This document shows positions 63,477 through 64,000 of a stretch of DNA of 64,000 nucleotides, one piece after another. A program made the position numbers and the translations under genes. Position 1 is the first letter of the stretch. The number at the start of each line of letters is the position of its first letter. The notes beneath the pieces are model-generated. The model did not search any database and had not been told where the DNA came from. It worked only from the letters and a program-made list of their open reading frames with translations. The DNA comes from the human T2T-CHM13v2.0 reference genome, Homo sapiens, in the NCBI RefSeq assembly GCF_009914755.1, contig NC_060940.1; one strand, given 5' to 3'.

Positions 63477-63778
63477 TGGCCGGGCTCAAGCCTGTAATTC
63501 CAACACTTTGGGAGGCTGAGGCAGGTGGATCACTTGAAGCCAGGAGTTCAAGACCAGCCTGACCATCACGGCAAAACCCTGTCTCTACTAAAAATACAAA
63601 AATTAGCTAAGTGTGGTGGCACACACCTGTAATCCCAGCTATCTGGGTGGCTGAGGCATAAGAATCTCTTGAACCCAGGAGGCAGAGGTTCAGTGACCCG
63701 GGATCACGCCACTGCACTCCAGCCTGGGCCACAGAGCAAGACTCTGTCTCAAAAATAAATAAATAAATAAAAATAAAA
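63477..63778 (+). mobile_element. Alu (AluS)
   Basis: Sense dimer with (AAAT)n tail. Confidence 0.9.
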
Positions 63779-64000
63779 TGTAGCATTTAGTGGCCTTTTG
63801 TATAGAGTATATGTTCAGCATAGATATACCACTTAGTGGTCACTTTAGTGTAATACTTTAGTATAAAATGTTAAATTTTATGTTCTGTACATTTTACCAC
63901 AAGTAAAAAAAATTTACTCATTCACTTGTTCATCCTAGAGGTCTGGACTATTTTGGACAGATGCCGAGTGATCCAGGAGTTTACTATTATTATTTTATTC

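Overview
Primate (human or close great-ape) euchromatic DNA, roughly half interspersed repeats: about 40 Alu elements plus MIR, L1, L2, LTRs and hAT DNA transposons. The only protein-coding gene I can support is the C-type lectin CLEC19A on the + strand (human 16p12, between SYT17 and TMC5 from my knowledge of the locus). Four coding exons lie in the window: 9283-9448, 14666-14759, 18145-18277 and 19604-19683. All have GT-AG boundaries and splice in frame into a complete long-form C-type lectin domain with QPD and WND motifs; the first (signal-peptide) exon lies upstream of the window. The remaining ~44 kb appears intergenic. The most notable items there are: (1) a MER41B-like LTR fragment that looks L1-retrotransposed and keeps two intact STAT1 GAS motifs; (2) a 5'-truncated retrocopy of an mRNA 3' end; (3) a 3'-truncated U6 retrocopy; (4) an old local duplication of an Alu plus its MER58 flank; (5) nested LTRs; (6) a MER91A fold-back hairpin; (7) two clusters of unannotated exon-like sequence, on + at 45-49 kb and on - at 55.5-56 kb. 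Almost all ORFs in the supplied track are repeat-derived or chance ORFs. I found no evidence for a new multi-gene system. Repeat subfamily names are from recognition by eye and repeat boundaries are approximate (about +/-20 bp).
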